The notes beneath the pieces are model-generated. The model searched no databases. It was not told where the DNA came from and saw only the letters and a list, made by a program, of their open reading frames with translations. From IMG/VR virus record IMGVR_UViG_3300028887_003391, positions 1 to 64,000 of that record: 64,000 bases of DNA. One strand, written 5' to 3'. The translations under genes were made by a program, and so were the position numbers. This DNA comes from a virus. Its lineage: Duplodnaviria > Caudoviricetes. Below are positions 18,589 through 28,107 of this stretch, in pieces (within the stretch, counting starts at the first letter, position 1; every line of letters starts with the position of its first letter).

Positions 18589-18661
18589 AGCGGAAAACGG
18601 GACTCGAACCCGCGACCTTCTGGATGGGAACCAGACGTTCTACCAACTGAACTACTTCCGC
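18589..18661 (-). tRNA. tRNA-Gly (anticodon CCC)
   Basis: GCGGAAG/TTTCCGC acceptor, TCTGG-TTCCCAT-CCAGA anticodon arm, GGTTCGAGTCC; U73; CCA not encoded; class E variant at 18671-18682. Confidence 0.95.
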
Positions 18662-18703
18662 GTATACCCGAAATATAGTAAATTTCGGGCATTTTGTCTA
18701 TCG

Positions 18704-20788
18704 CTATTTGAGCAAGTCGAGGAATTTGTCAAGCGTTTCCGGCGTATAGACGTCGATCTGTCCGCCGGCCTTCTTGATGTCCTCGATGGCCTTGACCTTC
18801 TTCGGGCCGGCCCCGTCGCCCATGAGGACGAGGTTGCACTTCTTGGTGATGGAAGAGCAGATGGTTCCGCCGTTCGCCACCACCATTTCCTTGAACTTCT
18901 CGCGTTCCAGCTTGTCGAACACGCCCGTCATGATGCAGACGCGACCCTGGAGCTTTGTAGAAGTCGCAGTGAACTCCTTGACCTTCTGCGCGATGTCGTT
19001 GTCCACGAAGTAACCGGCGATTTCTCGGTTGGTTTCGATGAACTTGATGAACGCGTTGGCGTCGGTCGAGGAAATGCCCTGCGTAACGCAGTCGGCGAAG
19101 AACTTGCTGGTCGCGGATCCGTCGCCGTACACGAGCACGCCGAGACCGCCCATGCCGTTAAGGATGTTCGCGATAACCGGGGATGCCTGGTGGCCGATGC
19201 CCGGGATGGCAAAGCCTTCGATGAGCTGGTGGAGGAAGTTGCCGCGGGTCTTGGCAATCGAGGCGACCAGCTTGTTTGCCGTCTTCTCGCGAATGTTGCC
19301 GAGACCGACGAGGGACTGTGCGTCCAGCTTGTAGAAGTCGGTGATGTTTTCGACCTTGCCCACGGTGTGGAGCAATTCGACGAGGCTTGCGCCCACGCCC
19401 ATCACGTTCATGCACTCGCGGGAAACGAACTTGACCATCTTGGCGACAATCTTGGACTTGCAAGTTTCGGACGGGCAGACGAGCGCGACGGAGTCGTCAC
19501 CGTCGAGATTGGGCGTCCTTACGAGCTCGGCACCACAGAACGGGCATACCTTCGGGGTGCGGAAGGCATTTTCGGGTGCGCGGTGGTCTTCCCACCAGCT
19601 GCGCGGTTCCTTCTTCATGTCCTTCAATGCCTTGAAGTCGTCCTTGGAACGTCCGGTTTCCACGCACCTTACGATTTCCGGGATGATTTCGCCGGCCTTG
19701 CGGACAACCACATGGCAGTTTTCGGTAAGGCCGAGATATTCGACGAGGTCCCAGTTGTAGAGGGTGCTGCGGCTGACATTAGTCATCGCAAGCTGCACGG
19801 TGTCCATCACGGCGACAGGGGAGATTGCGCCGGACATGCCGCCGGACTGTTCCACCATTCGGAGAACCGTTTCCTTTTCTTCGGGCGGGAACTTGTAGGC
19901 GCGGAAGTAGTTCGGGGACTTCGTGCCCATGCCGAAGCGCTTCTGGTCCTTCTTGTCGTTCACCTTGAGCACCACGCCGTCAATCGGGTAGGCCTGGTCA
20001 TAGCGCTTGTCGCGCATGCTTTCCGCCTGTTCGCGCAATTCAACGAGGTTTCTTGCGACGGAGTGCGGAGGAACTTCGAAGCCCATCCCTTCGAGCAGCC
20101 TGATGTCGTCGGACTGCAACTGGTTCGGGCTACCGTCAACGATGAGGTATGCGATGTAGGACAGGTTGCGCTTTTCGACTTCGAGCGGATCGTGCGACTT
20201 GAGCGTTCCGGCAGCGCCGTTACGCGGGTTGGAAATCAGCTTCTTGCCGTCGGCTTCGAGCTGGTCGTTGAACTTCTCGAAGTCGTCGAATTTCCACACG
20301 ACTTCGCCGCGGATTTCCACCCTGCCCTTCATCGGGATAGTCTTCGGGATGGACGCGATGCGCAGGGCGTTTTCCCACACGCTGTCGCCCACATTGTCCA
20401 CGCCGCGGGTAATCGCGTCGATGAACTGGCCTTCGCTGTAGATGAGGGCCAGGCCGAGACCGTCAATCTTGTATTCGAGTTCCAGTTCGGCGACAGCGTT
20501 CTTGAACATGCCGCTTGCCCAGTCCACCGTTTCCTCGATGCCGTTCGAGTTCGCAATGGAAATCATAGGGATGGTATGCTTCACCTTGCGGAAGCCTTCG
20601 GCGCCGTCGATGACGCGGCGGGTCGGCGATGTCGCGAGGATGAAGGCCGGGTGGTCGGCCTCGAACTTCTTGAGTTCAAGGTACTTGGTGTCATAGACGA
20701 CATCCTCGACCATGGATTCGCCCGCTGCGTATGCTTCCGCCCACTTCGCGAGGAGGTCGCACAATTCGGAATATTCTTTATAGTCCAT
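18704..20788 (-). CDS. ligA: NAD-dependent DNA ligase
   Basis: EYKIDG, TRG, EIRGEV, NPRNGAAGTL, DGVVLK, AYKFP, Cys Zn finger, HhH, C-terminal BRCT. Confidence 0.97.
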   Translation of the reverse strand: MDYKEYSELCDLLAKWAEAYAAGESMVEDVVYDTKYLELKKFEADHPAFILATSPTRRVIDGAEGFRKVKHTIPMISIANSNGIEETVDWASGMFKNAVAELELEYKIDGLGLALIYSEGQFIDAITRGVDNVGDSVWENALRIASIPKTIPMKGRVEIRGEVVWKFDDFEKFNDQLEADGKKLISNPRNGAAGTLKSHDPLEVEKRNLSYIAYLIVDGSPNQLQSDDIRLLEGMGFEVPPHSVARNLVELREQAESMRDKRYDQAYPIDGVVLKVNDKKDQKRFGMGTKSPNYFRAYKFPPEEKETVLRMVEQSGGMSGAISPVAVMDTVQLAMTNVSRSTLYNWDLVEYLGLTENCHVVVRKAGEIIPEIVRCVETGRSKDDFKALKDMKKEPRSWWEDHRAPENAFRTPKVCPFCGAELVRTPNLDGDDSVALVCPSETCKSKIVAKMVKFVSRECMNVMGVGASLVELLHTVGKVENITDFYKLDAQSLVGLGNIREKTANKLVASIAKTRGNFLHQLIEGFAIPGIGHQASPVIANILNGMGGLGVLVYGDGSATSKFFADCVTQGISSTDANAFIKFIETNREIAGYFVDNDIAQKVKEFTATSTKLQGRVCIMTGVFDKLEREKFKEMVVANGGTICSSITKKCNLVLMGDGAGPKKVKAIEDIKKAGGQIDVYTPETLDKFLDLLK

Positions 20789-21038
20789 CTTTCTTTTCCT
20801 TGATAAAACCTTTTTTCAGTAGCCATTCACCAGGATCCGTGGTGAACGGGTCGAGCTCGCCGGACAGCATGTCATCCTTGACCGTATCGACAAAATCGCA
20901 CAGGCGGGACTTGATCGACTGTACGTTTTCGTCAGTGCTCTCCCCCTTCTGCATGCTTGCCAGGCTGTCGTGATACACGGCATCCATCGCGAGGCGCAGC
21001 AGTTTCTGCGCAAGTCCCTGCTCAGCAATCGCCGCCAT
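20778..21038 (-). CDS. hypothetical protein
   Basis: Overlaps both neighbours; start at MAAIAEQ. Confidence 0.6.
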   Translation of the reverse strand: MAAIAEQGLAQKLLRLAMDAVYHDSLASMQKGESTDENVQSIKSRLCDFVDTVKDDMLSGELDPFTTDPGEWLLKKGFIKEKKDGL

Positions 21039-21624
21039 CGAAACCTTCCTGGTCATTGCTGTCATACGGGAGCAAATCGTCCTGTTCCAGTTCCGGTGCG
21101 AACGCGATTTCATATTTCGGTTCACCGAACGAGCTCGGGATGAGCCACTGCGGGTCCAGCTTGAACGTGTTGGGTGCAGACTTGATTGAGGTCACCTGCT
21201 GGGTTCGGAACTTTGCCCCCATCTTCGGGGAAATGTTGCGGACATCCACCGTGGCATAGACCGGGAGGCCAATCAGCGAGCGTTCGTCAAAGTTGCCGTT
21301 GGAATCAACCATCTTGACGCCATTCGGGTAGCGGAACGACTCCATCCAGCTAACGAGGCCGGCAGAGTCGGCGACACCGGCATATCCGCGCAAGAAGTTA
21401 AAGAAGAAACCACGCTCGTCCAAGGATAACTGGAACGGTGGCGTGGTTACATAACATACCCCGATAGGGGACACGAGTTGAAGCAAAATCTTAATGGTTC
21501 CTTCCGGGCCACTCTTGGTCTTTAGGATAGCAGCAATGTTGCCGGAATACTCGCCCGCCTTCAACTTTAACATAGGCGTGCTTTGACGTTCAATTTCTTT
21601 CTTCTGTCTTACATTTAGAGGCAT
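21022..21624 (-). CDS. hypothetical protein, possible ssDNA-binding protein
   Basis: G.Y.G.I..I N-terminal strand, LIG.PV..TV, acidic C-terminal tail; upstream of ligase; function is a guess. Confidence 0.45.
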   Translation of the reverse strand: MPLNVRQKKEIERQSTPMLKLKAGEYSGNIAAILKTKSGPEGTIKILLQLVSPIGVCYVTTPPFQLSLDERGFFFNFLRGYAGVADSAGLVSWMESFRYPNGVKMVDSNGNFDERSLIGLPVYATVDVRNISPKMGAKFRTQQVTSIKSAPNTFKLDPQWLIPSSFGEPKYEIAFAPELEQDDLLPYDSNDQEGFDGGDC

Positions 21625-21699
21625 GATATGTTACCTTTTATTGGATATTTCCTACCGGACGGAGGCCCTCGGCTCCCGGGGACACGTCCGGCCACTCTG

Positions 21700-21735
21700 A
21701 AATATAGCAAAATGTGGGTCCGAAGTTCTAAACTA
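21700..21735. promoter_or_regulatory. back-to-back class E (minus, 21700-21712) and class L variant TCTAAACTA (plus, 21727-21735)
   Basis: Same spacing as the 15283-15317 pair. Confidence 0.7.
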
Positions 21736-21768
21736 TGGAACAAAACACCAGCCCAAGCAGGTAAACCT

Positions 21769-23169
21769 ATGCTCATTCCAGCACTTTCCGACTTCAAGAG
21801 CTACACCGCAATGCTTGAAGCCATCAGTCCGGCGGAAGCGAAGAACATCCACGGCGCATACGTCATGGTGGAAGCCGACGTCAAGGAAGCCATCCAGGAA
21901 GAAGTCGCTGCCGGAAACCCGGACGCGGACACCCTCACCAACTACGTTGACAACCTTTCCGAAGCGTTCTTCAAGGCGTTCAACCGCCTCGACAACAAGT
22001 TCGGCAAGCAGAAGTTCTCCCTCGCCAAGGAAGACATCGGCAACACGATTGGCCTCCTCAACGACCTCGTCGGCAAGGGCGACGTCGATCCGCGCGACCT
22101 CCACCGCCACATCGCGAAGCTGGAAGAAATCCGTGGCGGCATCTACGACCCAGACAACGCCCGTTATGGCGCAGGCAGTGACGTAATCGCCCCTGTCCAC
22201 GGCATCCTCGGCGGGTTCAACGACGCGCTCGCCCACCTCAAGACCTACGCCGACACGATGATGCCGGTCCCGGCAGCCCCGGCCCCGAAACCGGCACCGA
22301 AGAAGGAAGCCTCGTCCGGCCGTCCGGTCAAGAAGGCCACCCAGGAACCCGAACCTGAAGCAGCCGACGGCACGGTCAAGGAAACCTACGATTACTATTA
22401 CAACACGCTCAACGCCAACAACTACCCGGGCATCATCATCGCCTATACGGGCGACCGCCACCACGCGATGATTGTCACTACGCGCATCCAGGGTGCAATC
22501 AAGGATGCGACTGGCGAAGAGTTCGACGAAAACGTCTCGTTCACCTTCGAAGGGGACATCAAGTCCAACGGCTGCGTTTACGAAATCCAGCCAATCGACA
22601 CCGACGACAAGGAAATCCTCCCGAAGATTGCGGAAGCGGTCCAGGCTGCCCTCGGCCCCTATGCCCAGTCCACCAAGGTCTACGTCCGCAACTTCGAAGT
22701 TGACAACAGCAACACCCTCGGCAAGTACAAGGGCGGTGAATACGCCGTGAACTACCAGTGGATTCTCCGCGCAGTCGGCAAGCCGAAAAGCGGCACGTTC
22801 GATACGCTCGCCGTGCTCTCCGGCTATCCGGCCCACCAGGGCAACAGCATCATGACCGCGCTCGCAAAGACTGCCGCCGACAAGATCAACGAAATCCCGC
22901 TCGGCAGTCTCGACAAGGTCAATGAAGGCGACATCACCAAGTGGTTCGTCCACCCGAACAAGTTCACCGAGTTCATCGCCAAGAACCTCGCCCCGCAGCT
23001 CCGCGACTACGCGAACAACGTCCGCGTCTCCACGATGGACAAGACGGACAAGGAAGGCAACAAGACCGGTCGCGACACCGGCAAGATCAAGGGCAACGCC
23101 CTCTGGTCCGCCCACCGCGGTTCCGGCGCCCAGCTGTTCGGCGACGACGACTTCATGGGCGGCTTCTAA
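21769..23169 (+). CDS. late protein, candidate internal head protein
   Basis: Start reassigned downstream of promoter; AMLEA and MVEAD motifs; PAPKPAPK linker. Confidence 0.7.
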   Translation: MLIPALSDFKSYTAMLEAISPAEAKNIHGAYVMVEADVKEAIQEEVAAGNPDADTLTNYVDNLSEAFFKAFNRLDNKFGKQKFSLAKEDIGNTIGLLNDLVGKGDVDPRDLHRHIAKLEEIRGGIYDPDNARYGAGSDVIAPVHGILGGFNDALAHLKTYADTMMPVPAAPAPKPAPKKEASSGRPVKKATQEPEPEAADGTVKETYDYYYNTLNANNYPGIIIAYTGDRHHAMIVTTRIQGAIKDATGEEFDENVSFTFEGDIKSNGCVYEIQPIDTDDKEILPKIAEAVQAALGPYAQSTKVYVRNFEVDNSNTLGKYKGGEYAVNYQWILRAVGKPKSGTFDTLAVLSGYPAHQGNSIMTALAKTAADKINEIPLGSLDKVNEGDITKWFVHPNKFTEFIAKNLAPQLRDYANNVRVSTMDKTDKEGNKTGRDTGKIKGNALWSAHRGSGAQLFGDDDFMGGF

Positions 23170-23633
23170 TGGGCAAGTTCCAGGAATACATCAAGAAGGC
23201 AAACCTGAGCGAGTGTTCCCGCAAGGCCCTGTGCGAGTGCGCAGCCGCCTGCTTCGGGAACGCCCTGTTCGAGGGGCCGCACGTATCCCTGGAATACGAC
23301 CCGATCGCCCACACCGAACTGGTATGGGACTTCTATGATGAACGCCCCGAGGGCAAGGACGGCAAGTGGCTGTTGCAGCTTGTCAGCCTGTTCCGGGACG
23401 GCTTCATGGATCCAATCTACTCGCCGAACGGCGAACCCGAACGCTACGTCCTCCCTCCCGAGAAGCGCCAGACCGTCATCGACGACATCGCATCCTCGTT
23501 CGAGTTCAGGATGTATGCACCTTACGGCTACATGGAAGCCAGCCCCGAAGTGAAGGAACTGGTTGACAAATGGGTCCCGCAGGAACTGCTTGACATCCTG
23601 CACGAGGAAAGGAAACCCCGCCCAAAAACCTAG
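23169..23633 (+). CDS. late protein with leader module (candidate internal head protein)
   Basis: TAATG coupling; MGKFQEYIKK...GNALFEG. Confidence 0.7.
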   Translation: MGKFQEYIKKANLSECSRKALCECAAACFGNALFEGPHVSLEYDPIAHTELVWDFYDERPEGKDGKWLLQLVSLFRDGFMDPIYSPNGEPERYVLPPEKRQTVIDDIASSFEFRMYAPYGYMEASPEVKELVDKWVPQELLDILHEERKPRPKT

Positions 23634-23659
23634 TTTCAGCCCATAACCAAGGGGCTCCC

Positions 23660-23893
23660 ATGATAGCAGATCTGCCTAAATACAACCAGCCTTATGTCAA
23701 CGCCCTGCAACTTGCGGGGATTTTCGTTCGTCTCGAATTCATGATAGCCATGAGCACTATCAAGATATATCACCTCGAAACGGAAACCTGGTCCTTCCGC
23801 CGCGCCTTCTGGTACACCGCCCTCGGCATGCCTGCGCTGGCGGTGCTGGCAACCTTCCTGTGTGCAGCCGTAAAATACATCATCCAAGGATAA
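23660..23893 (+). CDS. small membrane protein
   Basis: Two hydrophobic stretches; start uncertain. Confidence 0.5.
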   Translation: MIADLPKYNQPYVNALQLAGIFVRLEFMIAMSTIKIYHLETETWSFRRAFWYTALGMPALAVLATFLCAAVKYIIQG

Positions 23894-23895
23894 CT

Positions 23896-24504
23896 ATGCA
23901 AGGTGGAAAACTGGCCGGGGGGAACCCGGAAAACGGACGTGTCGACAACGACTTCTATGCAACCGACCCGGAAGCGGTGACCAAACTGTTCGATGCGCTG
24001 AAAACGGTAGGCGCCTGCCCGGAAGCGCCAAAGTCATTTCTCGAACCCTGCGTCGGTAACGGCAATATCGCCGGGCGGACGCTCAACCTCTTCCCGGGGG
24101 TGACGGAAACTACCTGCATGGACATAGTGGACCGCGGCTATCCAGGAACCATCGTCCACGACTTCCTGTCCGCCGACCTGTCGGGCAAGAAATTCGACCT
24201 CATCGTCAGCAACCCTCCCTACTCGATGGCGCTGGAGTTCGTGCAGAAATGCCGCTCCCTGCTGTCGGACACCGGCATCCTCGCCATGTTCCTCAAAGTG
24301 CAATACTGGGAAGGCGAGAAACGCAAGGACGACTTGACAAACTATCCACCGGCATACTGCTTCCCGTTCTCGAAGCGCATGCCGACATGGAACAACGGCC
24401 AGCCCACCGACGAGAACGGCAAGCGATGGGCCACTACAATGTGCCACGCATGGTTCGTGTGGACGCCCGGCAACAAGGAGCTGTGCCGGACCATGCCAAT
24501 CTAG
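23896..24504 (+). CDS. DNA N6-adenine methyltransferase (phage type)
   Basis: DFYAT, LEPCVGNG SAM motif, IVSNPPY catalytic motif, AWFVW. Confidence 0.85.
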   Translation: MQGGKLAGGNPENGRVDNDFYATDPEAVTKLFDALKTVGACPEAPKSFLEPCVGNGNIAGRTLNLFPGVTETTCMDIVDRGYPGTIVHDFLSADLSGKKFDLIVSNPPYSMALEFVQKCRSLLSDTGILAMFLKVQYWEGEKRKDDLTNYPPAYCFPFSKRMPTWNNGQPTDENGKRWATTMCHAWFVWTPGNKELCRTMPI

Positions 24505-24520
24505 GAGACACTAGAAAAGG

Positions 24521-26227
24521 ATGCCTTTCAACGGTATAGACAACCTGCGCGATTCGCGCGACAAAGTCGAGATGAAACTGTGGATGCTCGACGAAATCAA
24601 GAAGTGTGTCAACGACCCGATATACTTCATCGAGCACTACGTTTACATCAACACACTGGACAACGGCTTCCAGCTGATGAAGCTCTATCCATACCAGAAA
24701 GAGGCAATCCTCCGTTTCCTCAAATACCGTTTCAATATCAACAAGTGGTCCCGCCAGGTGGGTAAGTCCACCGTCGTCCGCGCGTTCATCCTCTGGTTCG
24801 CCGTGTTCAAGCGGCGCAAGACCATCATGATGCTCGGTAACAAGCTGTCCCTCGCGAAGGAACAGCTCCAGCAGTTCCGAGAAACCTACCTTGCCCTCCC
24901 GTTCTGGATGCAGCCCGGCGTGACGCTCTGGAACAAGCTGTCGGTGGAGTTCACCACCAAGACCCGCGTCCTCATCGCGGCAACGACCCCGGACGGTGTC
25001 CGTGGTTACTCCCTCAACCTCCTCTACCTCGACGAATTTGCGTTCCTCCGCCCCAAGATGGCGAGCGAATTCTGCGCATCCGTGATGCCGACTATCACGT
25101 CAGGTAAGACCAGCCGCATCATCATAACGTCCACTCCGGCGGGCATGAATTTCTTCTACGAGATGTGGCAACAGGCCGTGGACGAGAAGACCGCATCGCG
25201 CGACGACCTAGAAAACAAGTATGTCCGTTCTGTGGTGCTCTGGCACGAGGTTCCGGGTCGAACTCCCGAATGGGGCCAGCACGAACTGGAACGTATCGGC
25301 GAAATGCGTTTCAGGCAGGAATACGAGTGCGAGTTCATCGGGTCCGCCATCACGCTTATCGACTTCAAGATACTGCAAAAACTGAAACCGGACGAGCCAC
25401 TTCAGCTGCCATACGTCTCGTTGCCTTCCGGGTTCGAGCAGAACGACCTCCGCATATACATGGAACCGATACACCCGGCAGAAATCGAACGGCGCGGCTG
25501 GGTCTATGTCGCCGCGCTCGACCCGTCATACGGTATGCGCAAGGACAACCACGTCCTCCAAATCATGCTCGCGAAGTCCAACATCGAGCTGGAACAGGTC
25601 GCCGTGCTGTCCAGCAACAAGGTCACTATCGAAGACTTCTGCAAATGCGCTGCCGAACTATTGTCCGTCTACGGAAACCCGCCGCTGACCTTCGAATACA
25701 ACGGCCCGGGTTCCCGTGCATACGGCGTGCTATTCAACGAGCCGATTGGCTACGACAATATCCAGAACTACGACGACGAACTCCGCGGCCTGTGGGTGAA
25801 CAACCAGATCAAGCAGCAGGCGGTCATGCTCGCGAAACTGTATGTGGAACGAGGCTACCTGAAACTCCACGACAAGCAGACAATCGACGAGTTCATGACA
25901 TTTACACGGCTTACCCAGAACACCTGGGGTTCCAGTGCGGGCACTAACGACGACCACGTCATGGCCACCTGCTGGTGCCTGTACTATGTCAACAACGACA
26001 TGTTCTATGGTGAAGTCAAGCCGCTCGGCTTCCTCAACGGCCTCGAACTGGAATTCTCCAACGGCATCGCCCTGGAAGCAAACCGCACCATCGCGGCAAT
26101 GGGCGACGATGCAGTAAAGGCGGAGCAAAAAGCTCTCGCCCGACTGGAATCAAGTTCCATGACATCAGCACTGTCTAAGGTAGTAATACCGACGCAGAAA
26201 CAGCTAAGTGGCGAGCTCGCGAAGTAG
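24521..26227 (+). CDS. terminase large subunit (T4 gp17-like)
   Basis: LYPYQ Q-motif, SRQVGKST Walker A, LYLDEFAF Walker B, ITSTP, FRQEYEC.F, nuclease D and NDD.VMA. Confidence 0.95.
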   Translation: MPFNGIDNLRDSRDKVEMKLWMLDEIKKCVNDPIYFIEHYVYINTLDNGFQLMKLYPYQKEAILRFLKYRFNINKWSRQVGKSTVVRAFILWFAVFKRRKTIMMLGNKLSLAKEQLQQFRETYLALPFWMQPGVTLWNKLSVEFTTKTRVLIAATTPDGVRGYSLNLLYLDEFAFLRPKMASEFCASVMPTITSGKTSRIIITSTPAGMNFFYEMWQQAVDEKTASRDDLENKYVRSVVLWHEVPGRTPEWGQHELERIGEMRFRQEYECEFIGSAITLIDFKILQKLKPDEPLQLPYVSLPSGFEQNDLRIYMEPIHPAEIERRGWVYVAALDPSYGMRKDNHVLQIMLAKSNIELEQVAVLSSNKVTIEDFCKCAAELLSVYGNPPLTFEYNGPGSRAYGVLFNEPIGYDNIQNYDDELRGLWVNNQIKQQAVMLAKLYVERGYLKLHDKQTIDEFMTFTRLTQNTWGSSAGTNDDHVMATCWCLYYVNNDMFYGEVKPLGFLNGLELEFSNGIALEANRTIAAMGDDAVKAEQKALARLESSSMTSALSKVVIPTQKQLSGELAK

Positions 26228-26998
26228 TTCCCCCACCCGGCTGTCATGCTGGGTCCGGGAATTGCGAAGCCTGTCAATCGCACGGTTCTTGATCTGGCGA
26301 ATGCGTTCGCGGCTCAATTTCAAGTCCATCTGGAGTTCATCCGACGAGCAGTTCTCGAAGAAGTGCTGCTCAACCGCCTTTCGGGCAGGTTCCGACATCT
26401 CGCCAAGCAGTTCCTTCACGAGCATGTCGCGTTCGGCAGCGTCGAGGCTGTCGATTGCACTGAGGGAGTTCGGGTCCCCAATCATCTCGCTAAGGTTGGT
26501 ATCGGAGTCGCCATCGACCGGCATGTCCAGGTTCGACGGGCGATACATCAGGGGAAGCATCTCGATTTCCTGCTTGTTCAGCTTGGACGTGTCCCCGGTG
26601 GTCATAGACGTAAACAGCTTCTTATACTTGTTCGCGGGAAGGCGGATTGCGGAATATCCGTACTCGTTAATCGCCTTGCCGATGTATGAACGGATCCACC
26701 ACACAGCGTAACTGATGAACTTCATGCCGGTCTTCGGGTCGAACTTGTCGATTGCCCGGGAAAGACCCATCATTCCCTCGTTCACCATGTCGCCGACACC
26801 GAGCGGGGAAGTCTTGTATGTCAGCGCGACACCCAGGACGAACCTCATGTTTGCCTCCATGACACGCTGCCTGGCCGCGCGGTTGCCCTGTCTGGCCAAG
26901 GTAGTGAGGACGACCTCCTCGTCCCTCGTCAGTGGTGTTGTCTTCGCGATGTCCTTGATGTACATTGCGACTGCTGGAGTTTCTTTAATCGGTTGCAT
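26204..26998 (-). CDS. sigma-70 family RNA polymerase sigma factor
   Basis: YIKDI..TPLT..EE, ANMRFV, EG..GL..AIDKFDP..G.KFISYAVWWIR, LSRERIRQI...A..RLR. Confidence 0.93.
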   Translation of the reverse strand: MQPIKETPAVAMYIKDIAKTTPLTRDEEVVLTTLARQGNRAARQRVMEANMRFVLGVALTYKTSPLGVGDMVNEGMMGLSRAIDKFDPKTGMKFISYAVWWIRSYIGKAINEYGYSAIRLPANKYKKLFTSMTTGDTSKLNKQEIEMLPLMYRPSNLDMPVDGDSDTNLSEMIGDPNSLSAIDSLDAAERDMLVKELLGEMSEPARKAVEQHFFENCSSDELQMDLKLSRERIRQIKNRAIDRLRNSRTQHDSRVGELLRELAT

Positions 26999-27030
26999 AC
27001 GTAGTGTGCTGTATTACATTTTCCTTACTG

Positions 27031-27043
27031 AAATATAGCAAAA
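27031..27043 (-). promoter_or_regulatory. class E promoter motif
   Basis: Exact motif upstream of sigma gene; TTGTCA upstream. Confidence 0.7.
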
Positions 27044-27147
27044 ACCCGTCATGTGACAACCCATTTTTTGCTGAAAAGCACAAAATATTGTGTATTTTTT
27101 GCGTATCAACAGGTTGTACACACAACGGATTTCTTATGGCTACAGAC

Positions 27148-28107
27148 TTACTTGACGACCGTCTGGTCCGGGAACCGCCTCACGATTTCGTTATAGCAGA
27201 AGTCCACGCACTCCTTGATGGACATGCGGCCATCGACCTCCACGATCGGGACCTTGTCGGCAAGGAGGGCCTTGGTGTCGTCGTATGCCTTCTCGATGCG
27301 TTCGAGACGACCCGGGGTCTTCTTCAAGGCGGGTTCGCGGTCATAGCAGGTGGCCAGCGGGGTGCGCATGTAGAAGATGATGTCCGGCTTCTTGAAGATT
27401 TCGAACTCCGTGTAGAGCGCTTCGCAGAAGTTGAAGATGCTCGGGGAGAACGTCTTGGCGTATGCGAGACCCGTCCAGAGATAACGGTCGAGCATCACCG
27501 GGCAGGTGTTGTAGAACTCCTGCTGTTCGAGACGGCCGCGGAGATACTTGACTTCGCGGGCCGCATCCTTCCCCTTGAAGGCAGCGGAATTGAGGTAGTC
27601 GGCATACTTCGTGCTGAACCGGGGTTCCTTGGACCAGTGGAACCACGGCATCTTCGCGCGGAGGCGCTTGGAAATCGTCGTCTTGCCGGAATTGTCCACG
27701 CCTTCGAAGACGACGAGAAGGTTCCTGCGGATAGGGCCATCCGTCGGGGACTGCTTCAACTTCTTCGCAAGGGGGTATTCCTTCAGCAATGCCTGCTTCG
27801 CTTCGATGATAACGGCAGCGATTGCCTTCGGGCTCATGTGTTCCCATTCTTCGCGAGGATAGGTCTTTGCTTCCGAACCCATGAGGGTATCGGCAGAACA
27901 GTATTTTTCCTTCTTGTCGCCACGCTTCCCGTTGAGCATCCACTTGAAGTAAACGGAAACCGCGGGGTCGCCGTCGGTGTAGCCGCCGAGGGAATAGCCG
28001 TTGAAGGTATAGCCGAAGTTACCGATGCCGTCGGCATAGCACTCGATCTTCTCTTTCGCAAGCATTTCCGTGAGCTTGTCGTTCTTGGTTGTCTTTGCCA
28101 TTGTCAA
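27148..28107 (-). CDS. tmk: thymidylate kinase with N-terminal extension
   Basis: VVFEGVDNSGKTT P-loop, KEP, LDRY..TGLAY, KPDIIFY. Confidence 0.8.
   Translation of the reverse strand: MTMAKTTKNDKLTEMLAKEKIECYADGIGNFGYTFNGYSLGGYTDGDPAVSVYFKWMLNGKRGDKKEKYCSADTLMGSEAKTYPREEWEHMSPKAIAAVIIEAKQALLKEYPLAKKLKQSPTDGPIRRNLLVVFEGVDNSGKTTISKRLRAKMPWFHWSKEPRFSTKYADYLNSAAFKGKDAAREVKYLRGRLEQQEFYNTCPVMLDRYLWTGLAYAKTFSPSIFNFCEALYTEFEIFKKPDIIFYMRTPLATCYDREPALKKTPGRLERIEKAYDDTKALLADKVPIVEVDGRMSIKECVDFCYNEIVRRFPDQTVVK

Noticed and set aside
19190-20803. Long antisense ORFs (also 646-1695, 11784-13001, 21733-23115, 27004-28167, 30928-32196, 43161-44300, 55829-56950)
   Set aside because: They mirror well-supported genes in frame, as expected from GC-rich codon bias; no motifs or RBS
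27044-27147. Replication origin in AT-rich gap
   Set aside because: No iterons; can be explained as promoter upstream region
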